DNA of 64,000 bases from Alphaproteobacteria bacterium. Its GTDB lineage: Bacteria > Pseudomonadota > Alphaproteobacteria > JAPYRI01. The stretch is from the NCBI GenBank assembly GCA_029941135.1, contig JAPYRI010000004.1, positions 3,116 to 67,115 of the forward strand, given 5' to 3'. Numbering within the stretch: position 1 is the stretch's first letter; each line of letters starts with the position of its first letter. A program made the translations under genes and the position numbers. Shown piece after piece: positions 37,337 to 46,691 of the stretch. The notes under the pieces are model-generated. The model saw nothing but the letters and a program-made list of their open reading frames with translations. It ran no database searches and was not told the origin of the DNA.

Positions 37337-37822
37337 TTGCCCATGATGGGGGTTTCGCGCACGTCGTTTGAAAAAGTTGCGCGTAACACTGTCGTTCGCT
37401 TCGAGGAAAAAGACGGGCTCGGATGCGAAGCTGGGCTCGCCAATCACTTTACTCAGCAGGAACTCGACGGTGACGTGTATTACGATCAACATTGGCACGA
37501 ACACGCCGCCTGCTATCACGTTAAAGGCAAAGGATTGGTGGTGATCACCTCGTGCGGACACGCAGGCCTGATCAATAACATTCGGCACCTGATGAAGGTG
37601 ACCGGTGTCAAAAAGCTGCACGCGGTTGCCGGCGGCTTTCACCTGGCACCGACAAAGCTAGCCTACGTGGATGAGACCGTAAACGCCCTTGCCGTTCTCG
37701 ATCCGGATGTTGTCATTCCCATGCATTGCAGCGGTAAGAACTTCACCGATGCTGTGGCAGCCAGGATGCCCAATCGCCTAGTGCTTAATTCCACCGGCAG
37801 CCGCTATGCCTTTGGGGAGTAA
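37337..37822 (+). pseudogene. N-terminally truncated metallo-beta-lactamase-fold protein fragment
   Basis: The 161-aa ORF starts at a TTG directly after an in-frame TGA. It has MBL C-terminal elements (...VVITSCGHAGLINNIRHL...HAVAGGFHLAPT...IPMHCSG...) but no HxHxDH N-terminal motif. Confidence 0.45.
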
Positions 37823-37901
37823 GGGGCAATCCTCGCCCGTGACGCCTGCTCGCCTTTGGTCTAACATTGGGTGCAGAATTATCGAGTGTGGAGAAAAATT
37901 C

Positions 37902-38456
37902 ATGACGAAATGGAGTTTGAGTGTGGCGCTGGCGTTTTTGGTCGCAAGCGCACCACTGAGCGCCGCGACAGTGTCTGAGCTGCAAAAAGCAGCGAACGCA
38001 GGGGACGCGAAAGCGCAATACGAGCTTGGGGTTAAATACGAGTACGGCCAGGGGGTCGATCAGAACTACGGCAAAGCCGCAGAATGGACCCGGAAATCAG
38101 CCGAGCAGGGCTATGCCGACGGCCAGTATAATTATGGTTTGATGCTGGAGTATGGGCAGGGGGTAGGTAAAAACCTTGCGGAAGCCGATGCTTGGTACGC
38201 ACGCGCGGCCGAGCAAGGTATGAAAGGAGCGGTGCAGGCTCGCGCCATGTTAGCCCGCAGGCGGCGGGTCCCAGCGCGCCTGTCCGCAAGTGGCGAAACG
38301 GCCTCATCCTTCGGTGGCGAGGCGAGTGCAGAAGCCGGTCCTCAGGGCATCAATCCCTCGGCGCAAGGCCAATCGAGGGGCATGGGGTCGTCCGCCCGTC
38401 GGGATCGGCAGCGGCTGCTCGATCGCGGTACGTCGGATCGTCCTGATCGTCGCTGA
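37902..38456 (+). CDS. Sel1-repeat (TPR-like) secreted protein
   Basis: There is a signal peptide MTKWSLSVALAFLVASAPLSAA, then Sel1 repeats (AKAQYELGVKYEYGQGVDQNYGKAAEWTRKSAEQGYADGQYNYGLMLEYGQGVGKN...). Confidence 0.75.
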   Translation: MTKWSLSVALAFLVASAPLSAATVSELQKAANAGDAKAQYELGVKYEYGQGVDQNYGKAAEWTRKSAEQGYADGQYNYGLMLEYGQGVGKNLAEADAWYARAAEQGMKGAVQARAMLARRRRVPARLSASGETASSFGGEASAEAGPQGINPSAQGQSRGMGSSARRDRQRLLDRGTSDRPDRR

Positions 38457-38648
38457 AACGAATGGCCTATGCTTCAAACACCCGGGCTTCGCGGATTTGA
38501 TCGCCCGTCCACTCGATAATCTCAACCACATGCGCCAATGCGTCAGCGTCCGGTTCGTCCCGCAACTCGTATTCGATGACGCTGCGGTCTTTAGCTTCGG
38601 TAAGGGTGAGGATGGTGATCGATAGTGTCGGCAATTTCAAACCCAATT

Positions 38649-39071
38649 TTATAGCGTCAGTTCTTCTGGGTATGTGGGGAACAAAGTCATGTCGTCTGGG
38701 AGCGTAAGCCAATCCGGCTGACGGTCACACCAAAAGCTAAAACTTGGGGTAGCTAGGGTGCGGTCGTCAAGGGTGCCGCCGGCGACGGCGCAGATGTCCG
38801 GGTATTTGGCGGGCGAGATGAGTAGCGGGGACCCACAAGCGCTACAGAACTGACGTTCAACTTTACGACCCTTGTCCGATACGGCCGTGTAGCTGCCGAG
38901 CTCGCCTTGGGTGATTGTGATCGCGGATTTCGGATAAACAACCAGATTGAGAAAGGCTGAACCCGATTGGCACTGGCAATGATCGCATTGGCAAAGGCCG
39001 GCGAAGGCGGGCGCACCTTTGAGCTCATACTTCACCGCACCGCATAAACAGCTACCTGTATGATTTGCCAT
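38649..39071 (-). CDS. GFA-family (glutathione-dependent formaldehyde-activating enzyme / CENP-V-like) zinc protein
   Basis: MANHTGSCLCGAVKYELKG...CQCDHCQ...CSACGSPL carries the GFA Cys motifs. The ATG is at 39071. Confidence 0.75.
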   Translation of the reverse strand: MANHTGSCLCGAVKYELKGAPAFAGLCQCDHCQCQSGSAFLNLVVYPKSAITITQGELGSYTAVSDKGRKVERQFCSACGSPLLISPAKYPDICAVAGGTLDDRTLATPSFSFWCDRQPDWLTLPDDMTLFPTYPEELTL

Positions 39072-39075
39072 TACG

Positions 39076-40368
39076 TCATTCCCAAGGATTAAGATTGACC
39101 TGCATCTCTTTGATACCACGAATAAAATTAGATCTAATGCGGCGCACCGGAGCGGTTGTTTGAAGGTTCGGATAGCGCGGCAGCAATTCCTCGAACAGCA
39201 CCCGCAATTGGAGCTCGGCCACGCGCGAGCCGAGGCAAAAATGTTGACCGATACCAAAGCCCAATTGCATGGCGTCCTTGCGGGTGACGTCGAACTTGAA
39301 CGGGTCAGGAAACTTGTCTTCGTCCCGATTGGCCGACACATACCACATGACCACTTTGTCGCCTTTGGAGATTTTCTGACCGCCCAATTCGGTGTCCTCG
39401 GTTGCCGTGCGGCGCATGTGCAGCACGGGAGACACCCAGCGGATGATTTCGTTCACCGCATTGGGAATGAGCGACGGATCGTCGAGTAGCTTTTGCCGCT
39501 GTTCGGGAAACTGAGACAGCGCCAAGGCACCCCCGGCGATGGATTGTCGGGTGGTCTCATTGCCGCCAACGATCAGGAGGATGAAGGTGCCGATGTAGCG
39601 CTCGGGAGACAGAGGTTTGCCGTCGATACGCGCGTGAACCAGCATTGATATGAGGTCATCACCTGGAGTCTCGAGCCGATTTTGCCACAGGTGCATGGCG
39701 TAGTCGGACATTTCGGCAAAACTGGCCGCGATGAACATGTCACTGGGCCGCAGCTCCGGGTCGTCCTCGCCGATCAGGGCGTTTGACCATTCGAATAATT
39801 TGTGGCGGTCGGATTGGGGGATGCCGAACAATTCGGCGAGCACTTGAATGGGCAATTCAGCCGCCACGGAAATCACAAAATCGCAATGATCCTGATCGTC
39901 TAACTTGCCCAATATGTCGCGCACCCGCGCCCGGATGCCGTCCTCCAATGCCTTGATGCGGGGTGGGGTAAAGCCTGGCGTCACCATGCCCCGGTAAATG
40001 TTGTGCTCAGGCGGGTCCATGCTGATCATGCTGGTGTCCACATCGCTCGTGTCGCCGAGCGCGGCTTCCCCCAAGGCCGCACCACCGGCTTCTTTCTCGT
40101 CAAATATACGATGGCCGCCCCAGTCGCGGGCGGACGAAAAAATTTTTGGGTTTTTACTGGCGGCAACGACGTGATCGTACTTGGTGAGGCTCCAAAAGCC
40201 AGGTCCATCAACTTCCGGGTTCCAGAAAACCGGGCATTCTTCGCGCAAATGGGTAAAAAATTCGTCCTGTCGGTCGGCTTCGTAGAGGGACGGATCCTTC
40301 AAATCAAACGGCACGTCAGCGTAATCAGTGGTGCTCATATTGGCATTCTCCCCAAGACGGTTCGTCAC
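39076..40368 (-). CDS. Cytochrome P450
   Basis: The heme-binding loop FGIGQHFCLGSRVAELQ, the EXXR motif and the I-helix (...LIVGGNETT...) are present. The likely start is MSTTDYADV at 40338. Confidence 0.85.
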   Translation of the reverse strand: MTNRLGENANMSTTDYADVPFDLKDPSLYEADRQDEFFTHLREECPVFWNPEVDGPGFWSLTKYDHVVAASKNPKIFSSARDWGGHRIFDEKEAGGAALGEAALGDTSDVDTSMISMDPPEHNIYRGMVTPGFTPPRIKALEDGIRARVRDILGKLDDQDHCDFVISVAAELPIQVLAELFGIPQSDRHKLFEWSNALIGEDDPELRPSDMFIAASFAEMSDYAMHLWQNRLETPGDDLISMLVHARIDGKPLSPERYIGTFILLIVGGNETTRQSIAGGALALSQFPEQRQKLLDDPSLIPNAVNEIIRWVSPVLHMRRTATEDTELGGQKISKGDKVVMWYVSANRDEDKFPDPFKFDVTRKDAMQLGFGIGQHFCLGSRVAELQLRVLFEELLPRYPNLQTTAPVRRIRSNFIRGIKEMQVNLNPWE

Positions 40369-40422
40369 ATATTCCAGCTAAATGACATCGGAGAGCAAAG
40401 ACGGTAGATCGGGTAACTTACT

Positions 40423-41601
40423 CTAACGCCGGTTCAACTCGCGCATGGCGTGATCGATCCCCCCCAAAGTGAGCGGATACATACGCTCACTCATGAGCTG
40501 CTTTAGTACATCGGTCGACGGGCTGTAGTGCCAATGCTGTTCGGGCACCGGGTTTAACCAAACCGCGTGTTCATAGACTGACAACATGCGGTTCATCCAC
40601 ACGTCTCCGGCTTCTTCATTCCAATGCTCGACACTGCCACCCGGATAGACAATTTCATAAGGACTCATGGACGCGTCGCCGACAAAGATTACTTTATAGT
40701 CGGACGGATATTTATGCATAATTTCATAGGTCGGAATGGTCTGCGTGTGGCGGCGGCGGTTGTCTTTCCACACTTTCTCGTACATGCAGTTATGGAAATA
40801 GAAGTATTCCATATGCTTGAACTCGGTACTGGTCGCCGAGAACAGCTCTTCACACGCCTTGATATGCCCATCCATCGAGCCGCCGACATCGAAGAACAGT
40901 AAAACTTTAATCTTGTTGTGCCGTTCCGGCACCATTTTGATGTCTAGGTACCCCTGGTGCGCGGTAGAGCGAATGGTGTCGTCCAGATCAAGTTCTTCTT
41001 CGGCGCCTTCGCGGGCAAACCGGCGCAAACGACGGAGAGCGATTTTGATATTGCGCGTGCCAAGTTCGACAGAGTCATCGAGGTTTTTGTACTCGCGCTT
41101 TTCCCAAACTTTGACGGCTTTGCCTTGCCGGTGCTCTTTTTGGCCGATGGCGACACCTTCCGGGTTATAGCCGCCGGTGCCGAAAGGCGATGTGCCGCCG
41201 GTGCCAATCCACTTGCTGCCGCCCTGGTGCCGTTTCTGCTGTTCTTCGAGAAGTTTTTTCAATGTCTCCATCAGCTCTTCCCAGCCACCCAGGGATTCAA
41301 TCTTGGCTTTCTCCTCATCGGTCAGCAGTTTATCCGCCAATATTTTCAGCCATTCTTCGGGTATTTCAGCGTTGGCTTCGTCGGTTACATATTCCAAACC
41401 TTTAAAGCACTTACCGAACACTTGATCGAAGCGGTCCAAGTACTTTTCGTCTTTCACCAAAGCTGCACGCGCCAGATAGTAAAAGTCATCGATGCGATAG
41501 TCGGCGAGGCCTTCTCTCATGGCCTCGAGCAACATTAGGTATTCCTTCAAAGTGACCGGCACCTTGCTGTCGCGCAGTTCGAGGAAGAAATTGTTGAACA
41601 T
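40423..41601 (-). CDS. VWA-domain protein of the CoxE family (partner of MoxR ATPase)
   Basis: The 392-aa protein has an N-terminus MFNNFFLELRDSKVPVTLKEYLMLLEAM... typical of CoxE-like VWA proteins. It has a C-terminal VWA with a MIDAS-like ...FFDVGGSMDGH... motif. Confidence 0.7.
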   Translation of the reverse strand: MFNNFFLELRDSKVPVTLKEYLMLLEAMREGLADYRIDDFYYLARAALVKDEKYLDRFDQVFGKCFKGLEYVTDEANAEIPEEWLKILADKLLTDEEKAKIESLGGWEELMETLKKLLEEQQKRHQGGSKWIGTGGTSPFGTGGYNPEGVAIGQKEHRQGKAVKVWEKREYKNLDDSVELGTRNIKIALRRLRRFAREGAEEELDLDDTIRSTAHQGYLDIKMVPERHNKIKVLLFFDVGGSMDGHIKACEELFSATSTEFKHMEYFYFHNCMYEKVWKDNRRRHTQTIPTYEIMHKYPSDYKVIFVGDASMSPYEIVYPGGSVEHWNEEAGDVWMNRMLSVYEHAVWLNPVPEQHWHYSPSTDVLKQLMSERMYPLTLGGIDHAMRELNRR

Positions 41602-41647
41602 GGGCGGAATTCCAGGTCTTTCGGTCGCCTGACCAGTCTATGTGGTC

Positions 41648-42493
41648 CTAGTTACCTTCGCGGCGCGACATGAACGCAAGTTTCTCGAACAGATGAACAT
41701 CCTGCTCGTTTTTAAGTAATGCACCGTGGAGCGGCGGGATTAGCTTTTTAGGATCTCTCTCGCGCAGTATTTCGAGCGGCAGGTCCTCGATCATAAGCAG
41801 TTTGAGCCAGTCCAACAGTTCGGAAGTTGACGGCTTCTTTTTCATGCCCGGCACGTCGCGCACTTCAAAGAAAATGTTCAAGGCTTCGCGAACCAGGTCA
41901 CGCTGCAAGCCCGGATAGTGGACTTCGATGATGTCTTCCATGGTCGCCACATCCGGAAACTTGATGTAGTGAAAGAAGCACCGCCGCAGGAAGGCATCCG
42001 GCAATTCCTTTTCATTGTTGCTGGTTATGATCACGAGGGGACGATGCTTGGCCTTTATGGTCTCGCGGGTTTCGTAGACGAAAAACTCCATGCGATCCAA
42101 TTCAAGTAACAAATCGTTCGGAAACTCGATGTCGGCTTTATCGACTTCGTCGATCAGCAGCACGGGGGCTACATCCGCTGTGAAAGCTTCCCACATTTTG
42201 CCTTTTGAGATGTAGTTACGGATGTCGTGAACCTTCTCATCACCCAATTGGGAGTCGCGCAATCGCGATACTGCATCGTATTCATACAATCCTTGCTGGG
42301 CCTTGGTGGTTGATTTGATGTGCCACTCAATCAGGTTCTTGTCGAGCGCTTTAGCCACTTCGTAGGCAAGGACAGTTTTGCCCGTACCGGGCTCGCCCTT
42401 AATCAGGAGGGGGCGCTCAAGCGCTATGGCGGCATTAACCGCGACCATTAGGTCTTCGGTCGCTACGTAATTGTCTGTACCAGTAAATTTCAT
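41648..42493 (-). CDS. MoxR-family AAA+ ATPase (CoxD-like)
   Basis: It has the Walker A motif GEPGTGKT and Walker B LLIDEVDKA. The MoxR architecture and the adjacent VWA partner support the call. Confidence 0.8.
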   Translation of the reverse strand: MKFTGTDNYVATEDLMVAVNAAIALERPLLIKGEPGTGKTVLAYEVAKALDKNLIEWHIKSTTKAQQGLYEYDAVSRLRDSQLGDEKVHDIRNYISKGKMWEAFTADVAPVLLIDEVDKADIEFPNDLLLELDRMEFFVYETRETIKAKHRPLVIITSNNEKELPDAFLRRCFFHYIKFPDVATMEDIIEVHYPGLQRDLVREALNIFFEVRDVPGMKKKPSTSELLDWLKLLMIEDLPLEILRERDPKKLIPPLHGALLKNEQDVHLFEKLAFMSRREGN

Positions 42494-42779
42494 GGGCTAA
42501 CGCTCTTTCGTGCTGCAAATGATTTGGCCGGGAGACTAGGGTTACGCGGACATTGGCGCAAGTCCCCTGCAAACTAAGAGGGTTAACAAGATGTTAGGGT
42601 GAAGCTTGTAACGTGGATATCTGCAATAGCCCTTTTCTAAATCCCCATTTGGTGTATGGAGACGGTACATAATTTGCATCGGTGAAGAATTCGGAATCCG
42701 GGCACAATGATAACTTTCGACACACGGGCATTGACGGCATACTACCTGAGCGGGGCCAGTTTTAGCGCCGAAACTCAGC

Positions 42780-43325
42780 GTGCCACGGCCAATGCAGCGG
42801 GGCTCAATCAACGGGGGCCGACCGAGGCGGATCACCATCGGCATTGACGACAGTTTTGGCTTTTTGACCGTTAAGATTAACTCGATACTTCGGTCTTATG
42901 GCCGCGCTAAACTGATAAGTAGCGGTGATGAGGGCGGGCTGGCTTTGCGGATTGAAGCCAAGAACGGCGCGGTAATCGAATTGTTTGCCGGGCCCGATGG
43001 ACGTAACGCCTTACCGGGATTGGGGCTCGAACCGACATTTGGTAAAGTGGCCCTCGGACAAGATAGCGCCCTCAGTGAAACGGCGTATGGTCTTGGGTTG
43101 ATTGGCGAATTTAGTTTGCCCGACAAATCCGAAACAAAAGACTTCGCAATTTTCTTACGTTCGGCGCAAAATGAGGTCAAGAAGGAATTTCGATTTCTGA
43201 CCGGAACTGACCAAGATCCATCGGAAAAGGCCGGGACCGGCCCCTTATATTTGTTGGCGCGTATCGCCAACTTACGCGAAGGATTGCTACGATTAACCGG
43301 CGGCCAGGTTGATTTTACCTTCTAG
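42780..43325 (+). CDS. Hypothetical protein; probable frameshift at a G5 run joining it to an upstream 35-codon frame starting at 42707
   Basis: The upstream frame MITFDTRALTAYYLSGASFSAETQRATANAAGLNQRG stops 8 codons after a run of 5 G at 42812-42816. Removing one G fuses it to ...RPRRITIGIDDSFGFLTVKIN... No family recognised. Confidence 0.35.
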   Translation: MPRPMQRGSINGGRPRRITIGIDDSFGFLTVKINSILRSYGRAKLISSGDEGGLALRIEAKNGAVIELFAGPDGRNALPGLGLEPTFGKVALGQDSALSETAYGLGLIGEFSLPDKSETKDFAIFLRSAQNEVKKEFRFLTGTDQDPSEKAGTGPLYLLARIANLREGLLRLTGGQVDFTF

Positions 43326-43342
43326 ACTCTAAGAATCAGTCT

Positions 43343-44206
43343 CTATAGATCACGAAAGAAAACGTCGATAGCGATAAGGCACTCAGGCTCGTTGAGCGCT
43401 GGAACATGGCCCCGGTTTGGGACAGTGACCCGCTGCAGATCAGGCTTTTTCTCGACCATGCGATTGACCCCTTCGTCCGACAAAAGATCACTGATGGCGC
43501 CGCGGATGACCAGCGCTGGGATCGCCTTTAAACCTTCAAAAATCGACCACATTTCGTTTGGACCTCCGTCGGCGGCGCGCATGGCGTCGGCGATGCCTAA
43601 ATCAAAATCCGGCCGGATACTGCCGGACTTTTCTTCGACAAAAATTCTGCGCGCAAAAGTCATCCAGTCATTGGGACCGTAGTCAGGCAGAAACGCTTCA
43701 TTGTTTTTCCGTGCAATGAGCGCCGCGTCTTCCCAGCTGGAGACGGTAGCGAAGTCACTCACATAATTCGTAATGCGATCCAGACCTTCCCTTTCCAAGA
43801 CCGGACCAATGTCATTGAGGATGGCCCCGCGCACGCGTTCTGGCTTGGACGTCGCCATCAGCATTGCCAGAATTCCGCCGAGCGAAGTGCCGACCACGAC
43901 GACCGATGGGACGCCCGCGTGATCCAATACCCGCCACAAATCGTCCATGTAAGTGCGTGGGTTATAGTGGCTGATGTCAGGGTCGGACGCGGAGCGGCCC
44001 CGACCGCGCAAATCCGCGCAGAGCACCCGTCGTATTTTTGCCAAATGCGGCGCTAGGTCTTCGAAGTCCTTGGAGTTCCTGGTCATTCCGGGAAGACACA
44101 AAGCCGGGATGCAACCATTGTCGTTGGCGCTGTAGTCCCGGTAATAGAGGGACAGCCCATCTTGCGATGTTGCATAGTTCTCTTGATAGTCTCTTGGATT
44201 GCTCAT
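43343..44206 (-). CDS. Alpha/beta-fold hydrolase
   Basis: There is a nucleophile elbow VVGTSLGGILAM and an HGG-like region ...ALCLPGMTRNSKDF... Confidence 0.75.
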   Translation of the reverse strand: MSNPRDYQENYATSQDGLSLYYRDYSANDNGCIPALCLPGMTRNSKDFEDLAPHLAKIRRVLCADLRGRGRSASDPDISHYNPRTYMDDLWRVLDHAGVPSVVVVGTSLGGILAMLMATSKPERVRGAILNDIGPVLEREGLDRITNYVSDFATVSSWEDAALIARKNNEAFLPDYGPNDWMTFARRIFVEEKSGSIRPDFDLGIADAMRAADGGPNEMWSIFEGLKAIPALVIRGAISDLLSDEGVNRMVEKKPDLQRVTVPNRGHVPALNEPECLIAIDVFFRDL

Positions 44207-44326
44207 ACGCGTCTCTCCAAAATATTCAGCCGTGACAATAAACGTATTGCGCGGTTAAGACACGGTTGATGCGCGGATAGAGTAAGGTTGTTGTTGGGTA
44301 TAGTTTGAGAAAAACGGGGCGAAAGC

Positions 44327-45463
44327 GTGACGGTAGCCGCGGTGATACAAGCGCGCATGGGCTCATCGCGTCTTCCGGGCAAGGTGTTGCGGACCTTAGC
44401 GGGCAAGCCAATCCTGTGGCACATCATTAATCGTTTACGCCCGTGCGTCACCATTGACCGGATCGCCATTGCGACAACGATGAATGCCGCAGACGAACGG
44501 TTGGAAGAATTCGCGCGCGCGGAAGGGGTCGAGTTGGTGCGAGGGCCCGAGGATAATGTCTTGGCGCGTTTCGCCCTGGCTGCTGATGCTTTGGACGCCG
44601 ACATCATTCTGCGGGTCACCGGTGATGCGCCGCTTATCGATCCCAAGGTCGCCGACACAATTATCCTTGCGCTTCAAAACAACAATGCCGATTACGCCAC
44701 CTATGCACCTGAGGGCGTTGCCATCGATGAAGGCTTCAGTCCGTTGTCGCGGCGGGCATTGGATCGATTGTGCACGGAAGCCGGCGACGATCCGGTGGCA
44801 AGGGAGCATGTGACGGCGTACTTCAAAACGCACCCTAATTTTATCAAAACGGTTACCCTTGTGCCCCCGCCTGAGCGGGTATTTCAGGCCCGCATCTCGG
44901 TCGATACACCGGCGGACCTGGCGTTCTTGGAAGCCATCTACCGGGAGTTAGGAGCGGCGCCTGGCGACGCTGATGTGGAAGATATTGTGGTGCTGCTCCG
45001 CCGCCACCCTGAATTACTTGAGATCAATCGGCATGTGCATCAAAAGGCCGCAAACGAGCCTACTCTTTCAGTCCTGATCAGGTGTGATGGGAGCACCGCG
45101 TTGGGTATCGGACATGTGGTGCGTTGCCTCGCGCTCGCAGATACCTTGCGCGACCAGCATGGAGCTGCCGTCCGCTTTGCCGTCGCGGCCGGGGGATTTG
45201 CCGGTCTGCTTGAACAAACCACGTATCTGATTGACCAAATTCCTGTCAGCGCCAACGAGGATGTTTGGTTGAAAACGCAGGTGACTGAAAAACAACCCGA
45301 TGTTCTCGTCGTCGATGTACGCACCGACTTAAATCGATCAGCTCTTGACGGTCTGAGGCGCAAAGGGACAGTTGTCGCCGTCATTGACGACCCCTCGGAA
45401 AGGCGTCTGGCGGCCAGTTTTGCGTTTTATCCGCCCGTACCGCAGGTATTCTCGATGAATTGA
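44327..45463 (+). CDS. Fusion of an acylneuraminate/CMP-sugar cytidylyltransferase-like domain (SpsF/PseF-like) with the N-terminal part of a PseG-like (GT28-type) UDP-sugar hydrolase
   Basis: The N-terminus VIQARMGSSRLPGKVL...RVTGDAPLIDP has the cytidylyltransferase fold. The C-terminus ...LIRCDGSTALGIGHVVRCLALADTL... is PseG-like. The frame ends at 45463. Confidence 0.55.
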   Translation: MTVAAVIQARMGSSRLPGKVLRTLAGKPILWHIINRLRPCVTIDRIAIATTMNAADERLEEFARAEGVELVRGPEDNVLARFALAADALDADIILRVTGDAPLIDPKVADTIILALQNNNADYATYAPEGVAIDEGFSPLSRRALDRLCTEAGDDPVAREHVTAYFKTHPNFIKTVTLVPPPERVFQARISVDTPADLAFLEAIYRELGAAPGDADVEDIVVLLRRHPELLEINRHVHQKAANEPTLSVLIRCDGSTALGIGHVVRCLALADTLRDQHGAAVRFAVAAGGFAGLLEQTTYLIDQIPVSANEDVWLKTQVTEKQPDVLVVDVRTDLNRSALDGLRRKGTVVAVIDDPSERRLAASFAFYPPVPQVFSMN

Positions 45464-45960
45464 AGCGCCTGAGTGGAACCCTGCATAGCGGACGGGAATG
45501 GGTGCTGCTGCGGCCCCAGTTTGATCGCCACCACCCCCCTTAAACTGGCCGATAATAGCAAGGCTAATGTTCTGATTGCCATGGGGGCACGGACCCTAAC
45601 GGCCTTAGTTTGCGGGCCTTGAATGCACTTTAAGAATTAACGCTGCACAGGGTTATTGGGTCTAATGCTCCAAAATTCAACGAAATTCGGGACCGGGCAG
45701 CCAACCCGGCGGGGCGGATCATACTCCATGAAAATGTCATCGATATGGCCGACCTGATGGTGGGTATGGGTATGGCCATCGCCATCGCAACCTTCGGTGT
45801 CACAGCCTATGAACTGGCGGCTATGGGCGTGCCCGCTATTTATTTGCCATACCGCGGATGACGTGATTGCGGCCCAGGCCCTGGTAAATGCCGTTGTTGG
45901 CGTGAGTCTGGGGCGTCATGAACAAGTCACCCAAGCCCAGATTTTTATATCGGTAACAGG
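45464..45960 (+). pseudogene. Decayed 3' portion of the PseG-like gene (multiple frameshifts/stops)
   Basis: PseG-like segments appear in three different frames: ...LSGTLHSGREWVLLRPQF..., ...ANVLIAMG.. / ..GGTDPNGLSLRALNAL..., ...IDMADLMVGMGMAIAIATFGVTAYELAAMGVPAIYLP... Confidence 0.5.
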
Positions 45961-46169
45961 ACTATTAACCACGCTAAACAGTGCGCGAAGATGTCCGCCG
46001 TTGTGTAAATTTCGGACTGGGAGACGGGGCCCGCAACGTGGCTCAGACAATAGCCAACGCGGTGACGTCTAAGGCTCTAAAAGCCGACTAACACGACGCC
46101 GTTTCAATACCTCAGTCATTTTTTTTAGTCATGTCTCGATTGACGCAATGGAAGCGGTGCGAGCCCACG

Positions 46170-46691
46170 CTAACCCCCTGGGGCCATGCGTGTGGGGCTG
46201 AGGCGGGTTCCTATGCCGTTGGCGCGCTGTACTTCGCGCACGTATGCAATAACCCCGGTCATATCATCATCGTTCACCTCGGGCTGGGGCGGCATATCGC
46301 CGAAGTTCCAGTGGTGAGCCCGCACCCCGCGTTTGGTGGCAAGGCGAAACGACTGGTCGCTGTGATGATTGGGCTCATAGATCATGTGAACAAGCGGGGG
46401 GCCTTGATCAGACCCCATAGCGTTTTCGCCGTGACATAAGGCACAATTGGTATCGAATGCCAATTTTCCGGATTGGGCTAAGGTTGAAAGTTCAGGCAGA
46501 TTGAATCTGCTTGATTCCGCCATTTTTCGCGGGGGGTCGCGCAGAGCCCAGGCGACCAATCCCGCCAATCCAAGAGCGAATACGGCGACAATGATGACCG
46601 TCATGGGGCGGCGATTATCTCTCGAGGGCATGCTATGGCTCCCGTTGATTTCCGGTAACGATTTGAAAATAAATACTCTTTCTCTTTCCAA
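46170..46691 (-). CDS. Membrane-anchored mono-heme c-type cytochrome
   Basis: There is one TM helix (TVIIVAVFALGLAGLVAWAL) and a heme-binding CALCHG motif. The likely start is the internal M (MPSRDN...) around 46631. Confidence 0.65.
   Translation of the reverse strand: MERERVFIFKSLPEINGSHSMPSRDNRRPMTVIIVAVFALGLAGLVAWALRDPPRKMAESSRFNLPELSTLAQSGKLAFDTNCALCHGENAMGSDQGPPLVHMIYEPNHHSDQSFRLATKRGVRAHHWNFGDMPPQPEVNDDDMTGVIAYVREVQRANGIGTRLSPTRMAPGG

Noticed and set aside
38467-38712. 81-aa minus-strand ORF overlapping the 3' end of the GFA gene
   Set aside because: Its ATG-initiated version overlaps GFA by 64 nt in another frame. A shorter TTG-initiated 60-aa version (38467-38646) is possible, but I recognise no family. 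It is left unannotated.
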